From contig DAOOQQ010000019.1 of the NCBI GenBank assembly GCA_035388825.1, positions 225 through 64,224 on the forward strand: 64,000 nucleotides of DNA. Reading direction: 5' to 3'. Shown here piece after piece: positions 50,358-59,719 of this stretch. Made by a program: the position numbers and the translations under genes. The DNA comes from Candidatus Ozemobacteraceae bacterium (GTDB lineage: Bacteria; Muiribacteriota; Ozemobacteria; Ozemobacterales; Ozemobacteraceae). Within the stretch, counting starts at the first letter, position 1; each line of letters starts with the position of its first letter. A model generated the notes under the pieces. The model was not told the DNA's origin. It saw only the letters and a list, made by a program, of their open reading frames with translations, and searched no databases.

Positions 50358-50777
50358 TCAGCCGACGGTGACCTGGATCTCGCGGGGCTTGGCCGCTTCG
50401 GCCTTGGGCAGCGACAGAACCAGCACGCCATGCTTCAGTTCGGCCGTGATCTTGTCCTGGGCGACGCTTTCCGACAGTTCGAACTGCCGGAAGAAGTTGG
50501 TCGGCTCGTATTCCCGGATCAGCAGGCCGTCCCGCTGGGCGGTCGAGGCCTTGCCCTCGATCGTGAGAATGCCGTCTTCGACCTGGACCTTCAGCCCTTC
50601 CTTCGTGACGCCGGGCAGATCGGCCAGAACGGTCAGACCTTCGCGGGTCTCGTAGATGTCGACGAGCGGCGTGGCAAAATATTCGCGGTTGCGGGTCACT
50701 TCGCGCTGAATGACCGGCGTATCTTTCTTGATTTCGGGAACGGTTTTCTCAGCCATACGTCTTTCCTCCTTCATCAA
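50358..50777 (-). CDS. Small heat-shock protein, Hsp20/alpha-crystallin family
   Basis: ACD motifs ([36 protein letters not shown]...GVLVLSLPK). Confidence 0.85.
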   Translation of the reverse strand: MMKEERRMAEKTVPEIKKDTPVIQREVTRNREYFATPLVDIYETREGLTVLADLPGVTKEGLKVQVEDGILTIEGKASTAQRDGLLIREYEPTNFFRQFELSESVAQDKITAELKHGVLVLSLPKAEAAKPREIQVTVG

Positions 50778-51220
50778 CTGTGCTTGATCTCGATCTGGTG
50801 CGGGCGGGCGGCGGCGGCTTTCGGCAGGGTGAGGCTCAGGATGCCGTTCTTGTACTCGGCCGATACCTTCTCCGCGTCGATGTCTACGGGCAGCTCGACG
50901 GTGCGGGTGAACTTGCCGGCGGCGCGCTCGCAGCGGTGATAGTCCTCTTCGGGGATGCTCGATTTGGCCTTCTCGCCACTGATCGTCAGGGCGTTTTTCA
51001 CGACGCTGACCTTGAGGCTCGAGGGATCGACCCCGGGGGCGATGGCTTCGACGAAAACCGTGTTTTCATCGCTGCCGATATTCATCAGCGGGAAGTGCCG
51101 TGCCGAGAGACCCGGCAGGAACGCGAGCTTCGGGAACCGGCCCGCCGAGAAGTCCCGCGACAGCTCGCCGAGCTGGCTCTGCAGGTCTTCCATTTCCTTG
51201 AAGAAATTCCAGAGATTCAT
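50774..51220 (-). CDS. Small heat-shock protein, Hsp20/alpha-crystallin family (second tandem copy)
   Basis: ACD motifs ([28 protein letters not shown]...GILSLTLPK); start overlaps the downstream copy. Confidence 0.8.
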   Translation of the reverse strand: MNLWNFFKEMEDLQSQLGELSRDFSAGRFPKLAFLPGLSARHFPLMNIGSDENTVFVEAIAPGVDPSSLKVSVVKNALTISGEKAKSSIPEEDYHRCERAAGKFTRTVELPVDIDAEKVSAEYKNGILSLTLPKAAAARPHQIEIKHS

Positions 51221-51483
51221 ATGTCGTACCTCCTCGTGATTCGAAGTGGTTTTTCAACCTCGATCAACAATAAAGCAACGTCCATGCCAATAGGCGAAAA
51301 TCCGCTTCAGAAGCCGCGATGGCCAATTCCCTGACGTTCGTGCCGGAGCCCTGCGACGTCGCCGCGACGTCACAGGCGGTGCGAGGGAGGACCTCCTTCT
51401 ATCCGTGCCTCATGTATCATGTAACCGTTTGGACGTTCGCGCGAATCATGAATTGAGAACCGTCAACGGAGGGATGGAGCCCT

Positions 51484-52518
51484 ATGGCTCTGAAATATTG
51501 GGAACAGCGCATCGCGGCGCTTCTCGAGAATTCGCTCGAGGAGGCCGAGGCGAAGGCTGTCCGGGAACATTGCAGAACGTGTCGGGAGTGCGGCGATGCT
51601 CTGACTGCCGCAACGCGCGGGCACGAGCTGTTCAAAGGGGCGACCCTGACGGCTTCGGTCGACATCCTTCCGAAGCTGGTCCCCCAGCTTCAGCCCCTTC
51701 CCGTCTCCCCGGGAACCCGCCTCCTGCCCTGGATTCTCTTGGCCGCTGCCGCTGCCGTGCTTCTGGCCTGGCTGGTCATTCCGGTGGACCCCGGACGGCC
51801 GAACTCCGAAAAGTTCCGCCCCCCGGCGGCAACGGCGCCGGATCAGGAACCGCCGCCCACCGCCAAGCCGTCGACACCCCGCGCGGGCGTGGTGGGAGTT
51901 ATCGCCCGCCAGATGGAAGGCCGGGAGTCTTCCCCGGAAAACGTGGCGGCCGGCCAGATGCTCGAGACCTCCCCGACGGAAATCGCTCATATCCGTCTGA
52001 TGAAGGCGGAATACATCGCTCTCCTGCCGGATACCCGGATTCGGCCCCAAGAGAACGGGTTCCACCTGGAGCGAGGAAATATATGGTGTGATATACCATC
52101 CCGGCAGGGGATTCCCCCCTTCCGGATCACCACTTCCGAAGGGGAGATCGTCGTGCGGGGAACGAGCTTCGGTGTCGAGGCCTCGCCAGGCACCGTTTTC
52201 GTCGATCTGGTCGCAGGGCTTGTCGAGATCTTCGATCCGGCATCCCGGTCGCATCTGCTCGAAGCCGGATCGACCGCAACCCTCGCATCCGGGGCAATCG
52301 CCATCTCGGCGACACCGCCGTCACGGGGGCGGCGCTGGAGCGCCTGGCGGCTGCCGAAACCAACGGAAACACCCTCCGATACCATCCGGATCGAAAAGCC
52401 GTCGGCCGGTGTTCCGGCATCGGCGAGCGGCTTCGCCGCACCGGCTGATCTCCTTGCAACGCCCCCGAAATCCGGAATGCCTTCGTCCATCCTGGGAAAT
52501 CACCGCCTTGGGCACTGA
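51484..52518 (+). CDS. Anti-sigma factor, zinc-finger N-terminus plus TM plus periplasmic FecR-like domain
   Basis: HCRTCRECGDAL ZAS-like motif, a single TM helix (LLPWILLAAAAAVLLAWLVI) and a FecR-like beta domain (FHLERGNIWCDIP...GEIVVRGTSFGVEA). Confidence 0.6.
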   Translation: MALKYWEQRIAALLENSLEEAEAKAVREHCRTCRECGDALTAATRGHELFKGATLTASVDILPKLVPQLQPLPVSPGTRLLPWILLAAAAAVLLAWLVIPVDPGRPNSEKFRPPAATAPDQEPPPTAKPSTPRAGVVGVIARQMEGRESSPENVAAGQMLETSPTEIAHIRLMKAEYIALLPDTRIRPQENGFHLERGNIWCDIPSRQGIPPFRITTSEGEIVVRGTSFGVEASPGTVFVDLVAGLVEIFDPASRSHLLEAGSTATLASGAIAISATPPSRGRRWSAWRLPKPTETPSDTIRIEKPSAGVPASASGFAAPADLLATPPKSGMPSSILGNHRLGH

Positions 52519-52545
52519 AGCGCCACCGCGCAGGGGAGGAACCCC

Positions 52546-53430
52546 ATGATCCGATCCGTCTGTTCCGCGTGTCTCGTCATCTTCACCGTGACTCTGCTTG
52601 GCATCGGCGGAACCGTGTCCGCCGGCGAATTGACCGCGATCCTCAACCGTCATCAGGTCGCCAACATCTCGGTCTCTCCGTCGGCCTCGCCGGCGGCGAT
52701 GAAGATGCGTATTGCCACATATAATATCGCCCACGCGCGCGGCAACAAGCGCGGAGGGCTGAACGAGCTCGGCAACATCACGTATCTGTACGGGATCGGG
52801 AAACTGCTGAAGAACGAAAAGGTCGATCTGGTGGGGGTCACGGAAATCTCCAAGTTCGACCTGCGGTCGGGGTTGTACGATCAGGCTTGGCTGCTGGCCC
52901 GCATGCTCGGCTTCAAATACGTCATCGGGGAGAATGCCCGGGAGGCCCTGCTGGCGACGAGCCAGGGCAACGCGATCCTTTCCCGATACCCGATTCTCTG
53001 GTCGAGGAATCACAAGCTGTACCGGGAATCGACAAAGGAAGAACAGCGCGGCTGTCTGGAAGCCCGGCTCGATCTCGGCCGGGGCCGGCATCTGCGGGTG
53101 TTCGTCGCCCATCTGAGCCTCAAGCCGGCCGAGTCGACCCGGCAGCTCCGGGAGATCTGGGGCTTCATCAAGGATCTGAAAGAGCCCGCGGTGCTGATGG
53201 GCGACTTCAACTCCTTCCCCGCCGATGCGCGGATCAAGGAGTTGCAGATGCGGATGACGGATATTTCCGCGAACGTGAATACGACCTACATGAACAATCC
53301 CGGCGTCAAGATCGATTATCTGTTCGTCCACGGGCCGATCAAAGAGGCCGGCGACGCATGGGTGCGCGGATTCAAGGAGGGGTATTCGGATCACGGTTGC
53401 CTGGTGAACGATGTGCTCGTGAACCCCTGA
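52546..53430 (+). CDS. Secreted endonuclease/exonuclease/phosphatase (EEP) family protein
   Basis: Signal peptide; MRIATYNIAHARG N-terminal EEP motif, catalytic GDFNS and SDHGCLV C-terminal motif. Confidence 0.7.
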   Translation: MIRSVCSACLVIFTVTLLGIGGTVSAGELTAILNRHQVANISVSPSASPAAMKMRIATYNIAHARGNKRGGLNELGNITYLYGIGKLLKNEKVDLVGVTEISKFDLRSGLYDQAWLLARMLGFKYVIGENAREALLATSQGNAILSRYPILWSRNHKLYRESTKEEQRGCLEARLDLGRGRHLRVFVAHLSLKPAESTRQLREIWGFIKDLKEPAVLMGDFNSFPADARIKELQMRMTDISANVNTTYMNNPGVKIDYLFVHGPIKEAGDAWVRGFKEGYSDHGCLVNDVLVNP

Positions 53431-53436
53431 GGGGCG

Positions 53437-54024
53437 TCACGTGCCGTTCTTCGGCTTCAGTGGCTGTTCCTTCGGATCCGTGAGCTTCGTTCCCATTTCG
53501 CGTCGTGCGCGGAACAGCCTGATTTTCACGAGATCCACCGATATCTCGAGGATTTCCGAAATGTCGCGACAGCTCCGGTCCAGGAAGTAATACAGCCATA
53601 CGACCATCTTGTGGTCGTCGTCGAGCTCGTGAAAACAGGCCAGAACGGCGTTTTTCGCCTCCTGGTGCACGTGAAAATCGAGAGGGTCGGATTCTTCCGG
53701 GACGATCGGATCGACCGGATGCCGCGCGATCATCTTCCTGCGCCGGTTGAACTGGAAACAGTGATGGCTCGAGATGCGGAGAAGCCAGTTCACGAAGGGG
53801 CGCGCCGGGTCGAACCTCGGAAGGCTTTGGTATACGGCAAAAAATATATCCTGGGTCAGGTCGAGGGCTTCTTCCCTCTGGTGGGTGTAGGACCAGGCCA
53901 TGCCGAAAATCCGCTGCTGATACTTCTGGACGAGAAGGGCGAAGGCGTTTTTGTGGCCGTTGAGAGTAGCGACGACGAGGGTTTCGTCGCTTTCCGCAGC
54001 AGAGGGGTGATCGTTGTTCGTCAT
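53437..54024 (-). CDS. ECF-type RNA polymerase sigma factor (sigma-70 family)
   Basis: Region 2 (FALLVQKYQQRIFGMAWSYTHQREEALDLTQDIFFAVYQSL) and region 4 HTH (RDISEILEISVDLVKIRLFRARREM). Confidence 0.8.
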   Translation of the reverse strand: MTNNDHPSAAESDETLVVATLNGHKNAFALLVQKYQQRIFGMAWSYTHQREEALDLTQDIFFAVYQSLPRFDPARPFVNWLLRISSHHCFQFNRRRKMIARHPVDPIVPEESDPLDFHVHQEAKNAVLACFHELDDDHKMVVWLYYFLDRSCRDISEILEISVDLVKIRLFRARREMGTKLTDPKEQPLKPKNGT

Positions 54025-54643
54025 CGGCCCAGAAGTGTCACGAGTGCCTCGAGTGCTGGAGTTTCGAGTGTCAGATCCGTCGTCCAGGTATGGGGACAGA
54101 GTATCTCAGGGGAATCTCATGAAGCAAGCCGGGAAAGGAGAGGGTCTATGTATCGGCATTGGATCGAGCCGGGGTTCGGTTACAATAATTGCTCTGAAAA
54201 ATAGTGTAACCGATATCCGCGTCTGCACAATATTCGAATGATTGAACGTGGGCGCAACAATGATTGCCATCTCCCGGGAAGAGGGGTAATCTTTGGGGTG
54301 TTGCAGGGCGCGAGACGGAGAACAACGCTCGACCGGGGATGGCGCAACGGACGGTGCGGAGGATGTGGTGAAAAGACGCGTGAGGGACGTGGTGGCTCGT
54401 GGGACGCGGTGTCTGCTGGCATGCATGTGCATAGGCCTCGGAACGGCCCCGCCGTTCGGCACGTCGGAAGCGCCTTCCCGCTGATGCAGAGCGGGGCGGT
54501 TTCGGCTTCGCTGGCCTCGGAGAGCGCCGTCGAGCTTCATCCGGCAGGGGACCGGTATCTGGTGAGAATGCAGGCTGGTGAATGTCGCATCGGTTCCGCG
54601 CGTGAGATGCCTGGCACGAATGTACGAGTGAAGGAGAGAGCGT

Positions 54644-55540
54644 ATGCGCATCAAAGAACGCGGATGGATCTGGGCGGAGCTGCTCGTTGTCCTTCTGCTG
54701 ACGATGGCCGGCGATGTACTGTTCGCGGGCCAGATATATATCGTTGGAAATAATATTGACCGGGAGGTCGCGCGGGATGCCGGCCTTGCGGGGAGCTACG
54801 TCTCGGAGTGCGATGAAATCCCTGCGGGGGCGAATGTCGTGGTGCTCGGCCGGGCGGATGCCGCGGGCGGGGTCGACGAAGCCGAGTATGAGTCGCTTGC
54901 CGGCGACGGCTGCCGCTCGATCCGGCTGGGGGCGAAAAACCGGCTCGACGTGAAACAGGCCGCCGCTTCCCTCAAGAAGATGATCGACGCGGGAGCGGAT
55001 CCGTTTGCTGACGTGAGCCGGACGATGGGGCTGATCGAGGCGTCGCGGGAGTACCCGCTGCTCAGCCAGGCGGAGCTGAACAAGCAGGGAAAAACCTCGC
55101 TCAATCCGCAATTCCAGCCGCAGAATCTGTTTCCCCGGGCTGCCACCCCGACCGTCGATCTGAGTCCGGAAGCTTCGTCCCTGGCTTCCAAGCTCGACCG
55201 GGACGGCCGGGTCGCCCTGTATATCAACTTCAGCCCGCAGAGTCCCGTCATCAATCCTCGCTCATTCCCGACTCTCCGCCAGGTTCTGGATCTCCTCAAG
55301 GCGCGGCCCGCCATGAAGCTCCTCATCGAGGGGCATACCGACAATTACCTGAGCAGCGAGTTCAATCAGACCCTGTCCGAGCAGCGTGCCTACAATGTTC
55401 GCCGCTGGCTTGCCGATCGCGGTGCCGTGGCCGGCAATCTCACGTCCGTCGGGTATGGGGAAACGCGCCCGATCGCCCCGAACTTCACATCGGCGGGCCG
55501 GGCCAGGAACCGCCGGGTCGAGATCGTGAAGGTTCGCTGA
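54644..55540 (+). CDS. OmpA/MotB-family protein (N-terminal TM or signal anchor, C-terminal peptidoglycan-binding domain)
   Basis: The C-terminus (LLIEGHTDNYLSSEFNQTLSEQRAYNVRRWL...GYGETRPIAPN...RRVEIV) is the OmpA-like domain; SD AAGGAGAG before ATG 54644. Confidence 0.75.
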   Translation: MRIKERGWIWAELLVVLLLTMAGDVLFAGQIYIVGNNIDREVARDAGLAGSYVSECDEIPAGANVVVLGRADAAGGVDEAEYESLAGDGCRSIRLGAKNRLDVKQAAASLKKMIDAGADPFADVSRTMGLIEASREYPLLSQAELNKQGKTSLNPQFQPQNLFPRAATPTVDLSPEASSLASKLDRDGRVALYINFSPQSPVINPRSFPTLRQVLDLLKARPAMKLLIEGHTDNYLSSEFNQTLSEQRAYNVRRWLADRGAVAGNLTSVGYGETRPIAPNFTSAGRARNRRVEIVKVR

Positions 55541-57651
55541 TGTCGATGGTTGCCCGCAAGCCGATGCCCTGCGCAGGTTCTCCCAAATCCGGAAGTGCGC
55601 TGGTCATCGTCGCGACGGGGCTGATCCTGGTATTCCTCGCGGGAAGCTGGTTTGCCCGGCACATGATCGCGATCCGGAACCAGACCCACCGGCAGGGCAG
55701 CCAGCAGCTCACCTGGAACTTCGTGCGGGGCCTCTCGATCCTCGCCGCCCACAAGATCCAGTATGACCTCTTGTCCGGCTCTCCTTCGGATGACCGCCTG
55801 AAAACGGCTCTTTCCCTCCCGCTGGACAAACTGCGCGACCTTTCCGCGATCGAGCTTGACCTCGCGGAACAGCCCGGCTCGCTCCGGGGACCGCTCGAAC
55901 GCCTCGTCTCGCCCGTCGCGGCCCAAGGCAGGATTTCTCATACCATCACCTATACGTTGAATCGGGACGATTTCGAATTCTGCGGGGCGACGGCCTTTCC
56001 CCGCGAAAAACGCGGCCTGATCCGGCTCGTGATCGAAACCGAGTTCAAGGGGGAGGCCGAGACTCATCTCTTCGCCATTCCCGTGCGCGTCGCAGCGACG
56101 GTGATTCCGGGGATCTCCAAATTCTCCCTTTTCCTCCAGGATGCGACTGACGGCGACGCGGGGGGCAAGAATTCAGGATTATTCAATATAATATCTACAG
56201 ATATAGATGGAAAGTTGCGGCCGGGCTCTCGTGGAAAGCCGATCGTGCTCGAGAACGGCGATCTGGCGCGAGGGGACATCAAGTGGGAGAACTTTTTCAA
56301 TAAGCCCGTGGGCCTTGTCTATCTCGGGGGAGGGGATGTCATTCTCAACCTGGCCCGGGGCGAGAGCCGGACAGGGGACTACGGGGAGGCGTTCCATTTC
56401 TACGAGGTCAACTACGAGGGATTCTGGGACGGGCTGTATGCGACGAAGATCGGCAACCATCCCACCCATGGGGCCTATGCCCTGATGAACTGGGACAAGG
56501 GGATCTGTGACGACTTCGCGACTCCGGAGGCGCGGGAGTGGTGGAGTTTCGTCATTTCCTCCCCTAATGCTGGTGACATGCGGCTCAATTCGGCGCTGAA
56601 GCTTTTCGGCACCGACAAGAAGCAGTCCCCCACCCTCGTGCTTGGCCGTGTGTTCCGGGGTCAGATCACGGCGCGGGCGTATAAAACCGCCGACGAGAGC
56701 CTGCCTTCCGCATTCTTCTACCATATCGAGGGGCTGGATATGTGGCGCCGCGCTCTCGACGACAATCCCTGCATGGCTGCGGATGACGGGATCAATACGA
56801 TCGCCCGCTTCGCCCGTGACGTCCTCGAACTGGAACCGGATGCGGCTTCTCTCGAGAAATATCAACAGAAATATGCCAGTGACTATTCCCACTACCCGTA
56901 CAACTCCTCGCTTGCCTTCTACGCGACCAACAACATGGTTGCCGATGCCCCCTCGAAATTCGGCGGCGAGCTGGGGAAGCGGATGGAGGTCGACCGGACG
57001 AACCCCCTGCTCGACACGCTCCCCGCGGAGCTGCGGCCAGTGTTCGGAAACACGTCGACGGTTCCCTCGCTTCTGGCCTGCCTGAAAGGCGGGGATACCG
57101 TCGAACGGCGGATGGCCTGGTCGATCGATCTCGCAGGGAAGGCCGGCGCATTTCCCGAGTGTCTCGTTTCCCGCGGGCTGGCCCGCATGGAAGGGGAAAC
57201 CCTGCATCTGAGCCTGAACGGGTGGATCAGGCTCGAGAGGGTGCCCGGCACCGGCCTTGTCTTCGACCGTCCCGTCGTCGTCGATGGCCCGGGTGGAATC
57301 CTTCTCGATCGCGGCTCCATCGTGATTCGCGCGCCGATCGACGGCCGGGGGAATGCGAGCCGTCCCCCGACGATCCTGACGCTCGCGACGTGTGACGGCG
57401 ACCTGACGGTCGAAACCGAGGGACGGGTCGATGCCGCGCTCGTCGCCCCCGGGCGGGTCTGCATCGGGAAGGGCGATCCCGGCCGGGTTTCCATCTGGGG
57501 CAGCGTCGCGGCCGGACGAATGGACCTGAAAACGGCGTCCGAAGGGGCCAGAATCCAGTACAACGCCGCCCTGGCCTGTCTGCCGCCCTATCTGGATGAA
57601 ACACCCGCGCTTTCCTACAGCGTCGATCCGAACCCGATCCTGGTCAAATGA
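55540..57651 (+). CDS. Large (703-aa) membrane-anchored protein of unknown function, in operon with pseudopilins
   Basis: N-terminal TM helix (SALVIVATGLILVFLAGSWF) without Glu+5; ATGA-type overlaps with both the upstream OmpA-like and downstream pseudopilin genes; possibly a GspK/PilX-class minor pilin or pilus tip component. Confidence 0.45.
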   Translation: MSMVARKPMPCAGSPKSGSALVIVATGLILVFLAGSWFARHMIAIRNQTHRQGSQQLTWNFVRGLSILAAHKIQYDLLSGSPSDDRLKTALSLPLDKLRDLSAIELDLAEQPGSLRGPLERLVSPVAAQGRISHTITYTLNRDDFEFCGATAFPREKRGLIRLVIETEFKGEAETHLFAIPVRVAATVIPGISKFSLFLQDATDGDAGGKNSGLFNIISTDIDGKLRPGSRGKPIVLENGDLARGDIKWENFFNKPVGLVYLGGGDVILNLARGESRTGDYGEAFHFYEVNYEGFWDGLYATKIGNHPTHGAYALMNWDKGICDDFATPEAREWWSFVISSPNAGDMRLNSALKLFGTDKKQSPTLVLGRVFRGQITARAYKTADESLPSAFFYHIEGLDMWRRALDDNPCMAADDGINTIARFARDVLELEPDAASLEKYQQKYASDYSHYPYNSSLAFYATNNMVADAPSKFGGELGKRMEVDRTNPLLDTLPAELRPVFGNTSTVPSLLACLKGGDTVERRMAWSIDLAGKAGAFPECLVSRGLARMEGETLHLSLNGWIRLERVPGTGLVFDRPVVVDGPGGILLDRGSIVIRAPIDGRGNASRPPTILTLATCDGDLTVETEGRVDAALVAPGRVCIGKGDPGRVSIWGSVAAGRMDLKTASEGARIQYNAALACLPPYLDETPALSYSVDPNPILVK

Positions 57652-58097
57652 GAATGAACATGCGCCTCTCTGCGGGAATGGGCATGGTGGAAATTGCTGT
57701 CGCGCTGCTGATCGTCGGCCTCGCGATGGTTCCCATCTATTCGATGATCACCCACGGCTCGTCCGGGACGGTTCAGACTAGTCAGGAGGTACAGGCCGCC
57801 ATCTATGCGAACAACCTGCTCGAAGCCGTCAAAGCCGCGTCGGATTTCGACGACGACCCCCTGCTGCAGCCGTGCGAGTCGAGAGAAGTTCCGGAGCTTC
57901 TTGGAACCCAGTCCCGGCGGCTCGAGCCGATACCGATGAATCCTCGGTTCAAACGCTTCCTTTCGGTGGCGGAGGAACGTCCGGATGGATATCCGTATCG
58001 CTATAAAATTATCCTCGCCGAGGTGCGATGGGACGGCCCCGGCGGCGTCAAAAGTCTCAGGATTCCCGGACTCGCCTTTGCGGGAGGCCGGCGATGA
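57648..58097 (+). CDS. Type IV pilin-like / pseudopilin (prepilin-type N-terminal domain)
   Basis: SAG|MGMVEIAVALLIVGLAMV: Gly at -1, Glu at +5 and a hydrophobic helix give a canonical class-III signal; 149 aa. Confidence 0.6.
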   Translation: MRMNMRLSAGMGMVEIAVALLIVGLAMVPIYSMITHGSSGTVQTSQEVQAAIYANNLLEAVKAASDFDDDPLLQPCESREVPELLGTQSRRLEPIPMNPRFKRFLSVAEERPDGYPYRYKIILAEVRWDGPGGVKSLRIPGLAFAGGRR

Positions 58098-58660
58098 ACG
58101 GAAAAACTCACTTCCGACGCGCCTTCACCCTGGTCGAACTCATCGTCGGGGCGATCATTCTGGCGGTGATCATGCTGATGGTCACCCGCCTGATTTCCGG
58201 GAGTATGAAGAGTTCGATGAAGGGCTCGTCCCATCTGAACAACATCCAGGCCGCTTCGCTGCTGCTGGCGCGGCTCGAGCAGGACATCCGCCGGGCGACG
58301 GAGCTGCAGATCGACGGGGATCAGCTCGAGGTGACCTTCTGGAACGACATCAACCGGGGGGCGCTGATCTCCGAGACGGCCGTCTTCCAGGCACGTCCGG
58401 ACCGGATCGGCCTCGTGCGGCGTCAGGGGGCCGAGGAGCATCTGTTTTGCCCGGGGCTGATCGTCGAAGCCGTCGGCACGGGCACCCCGATCTTCGCCCC
58501 GGCAGGATTTGCTGCAGCGAAGACCGGGGTGCTCGTCAGGCTGAAAATCTCGAGCCCGAAGCATACCGAGCCGTTCGAGATCGAACGCGTGCTGTTCTGT
58601 GAAAACGTCGCTTCCAATACGGCCTTGCCGGGGTGGCGCCGCGACGAGCCGGGATCCTGA
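58094..58660 (+). CDS. Pseudopilin (GspH/FimT-like prepilin-type N-terminal domain protein)
   Basis: ATG 58094 (ATGA overlap with upstream stop) gives MNGKTHFRRA|FTLVELIVGAIILAVIML, the TIGR02532-type motif with Ala at -1 and Glu+5. Confidence 0.65.
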   Translation: MNGKTHFRRAFTLVELIVGAIILAVIMLMVTRLISGSMKSSMKGSSHLNNIQAASLLLARLEQDIRRATELQIDGDQLEVTFWNDINRGALISETAVFQARPDRIGLVRRQGAEEHLFCPGLIVEAVGTGTPIFAPAGFAAAKTGVLVRLKISSPKHTEPFEIERVLFCENVASNTALPGWRRDEPGS

Positions 58661-58671
58661 CCGGGGGCGGG

Positions 58672-59694
58672 TTACAGCGGCTTGCGGCTGATTTCCAGAC
58701 CGCTCATCGCCGTCTCGCTCACGCCGGACGGCCGGACGAACCAGAGACTCCCCGTGGCCACATCGAACGTGCCGTCCCATTCCCCGATCGGAAGCGAGAG
58801 GAAGGGGGATGCGTGGCCTGTGCCATCGACACGCAGAACCGTCATGCGGATATCACTCGAGTCCGACCCGAGATAGAGCTTGCCGTAGGAAATTCCGTCT
58901 TCGGGTTCGTTGGCGTCCGGCTCTCCAGGCATCGGAGGATACATCAGGAGCAGGGCCGTCCCGTCGGGCTGCATGCCGATGAGATTCGGAACGCCCGGAT
59001 CGAGCATGACGCGGCGAGAGGTTCCCGGGGATTCCCGTTGTTCCGACATCTCCGAGCGGGGTGCCACGGGGGTTTCCTCGATGAGAATCCCCTGCGCATC
59101 CTGGTCCAGGGCCATCGTGAAGCCGCCGTCGGGCATCGGGACGAACGTGACCGGGCAGGGATACGAGTTGATCAGTTGGCCGTCGGGGCCGCAGACATAC
59201 AGGGTCTGCGCCGGCCGGTCGTGGATGAAGAAGTTCCCGGTCGGTCCGACGGCGAACCGGTACTGCAGGCCCGGTAACGCCACGCTCAACCCCCCGAGAG
59301 GGATGGTCCGCGGCGTGCCGGCTTTCCGTTCCATATACCCCATGGCCGTTTCCGCGTCGTCGAATGCCAGGATCGAGTGTTCGCCGAGCAGATACGTCTT
59401 TCCATCCGGACAAAAAGAGATCATGAACCGCCCTTCGGGAAAAGCAAGGGTTTTCACCGGCTTGTTCGCCGCGAGATCGTGGATCAGCAGCTTGCGGGCT
59501 TCGAGATCCTGGATCAGCGCGTTGGGCCACCGGACCGTGAGAAGGAACTCGGAGCCGGCATTCCGGCCGTCCGTCGGTTTCGCATACGGGATCCGGGCAA
59601 CGGTCTCCCCCGAGTCGGCAACCGGGATGTCGACGGCTGCGGCGCACGTGATCAGGCACAGGACGAAAAGAGAACATGAGAGGATATATTTCAT
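58672..59694 (-). CDS. Secreted protein / possible lipoprotein of unknown function (beta-propeller-like)
   Basis: Signal peptide MKYILSCSLFVLCLITCAAAVD; 340 aa. Confidence 0.45.
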   Translation of the reverse strand: MKYILSCSLFVLCLITCAAAVDIPVADSGETVARIPYAKPTDGRNAGSEFLLTVRWPNALIQDLEARKLLIHDLAANKPVKTLAFPEGRFMISFCPDGKTYLLGEHSILAFDDAETAMGYMERKAGTPRTIPLGGLSVALPGLQYRFAVGPTGNFFIHDRPAQTLYVCGPDGQLINSYPCPVTFVPMPDGGFTMALDQDAQGILIEETPVAPRSEMSEQRESPGTSRRVMLDPGVPNLIGMQPDGTALLLMYPPMPGEPDANEPEDGISYGKLYLGSDSSDIRMTVLRVDGTGHASPFLSLPIGEWDGTFDVATGSLWFVRPSGVSETAMSGLEISRKPL

Positions 59695-59719
59695 GAGAAA
59701 TTCTCCAGTATTTCGGGAA

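Noticed and set aside
49755-50939. Small ORFs inside the repeat element (49755..50036, 50355..50939) and 26922..27299
   Set aside because: They lie within MITE-like palindromic repeats or antisense to the hsp20 genes. No RBS and no coding signal.
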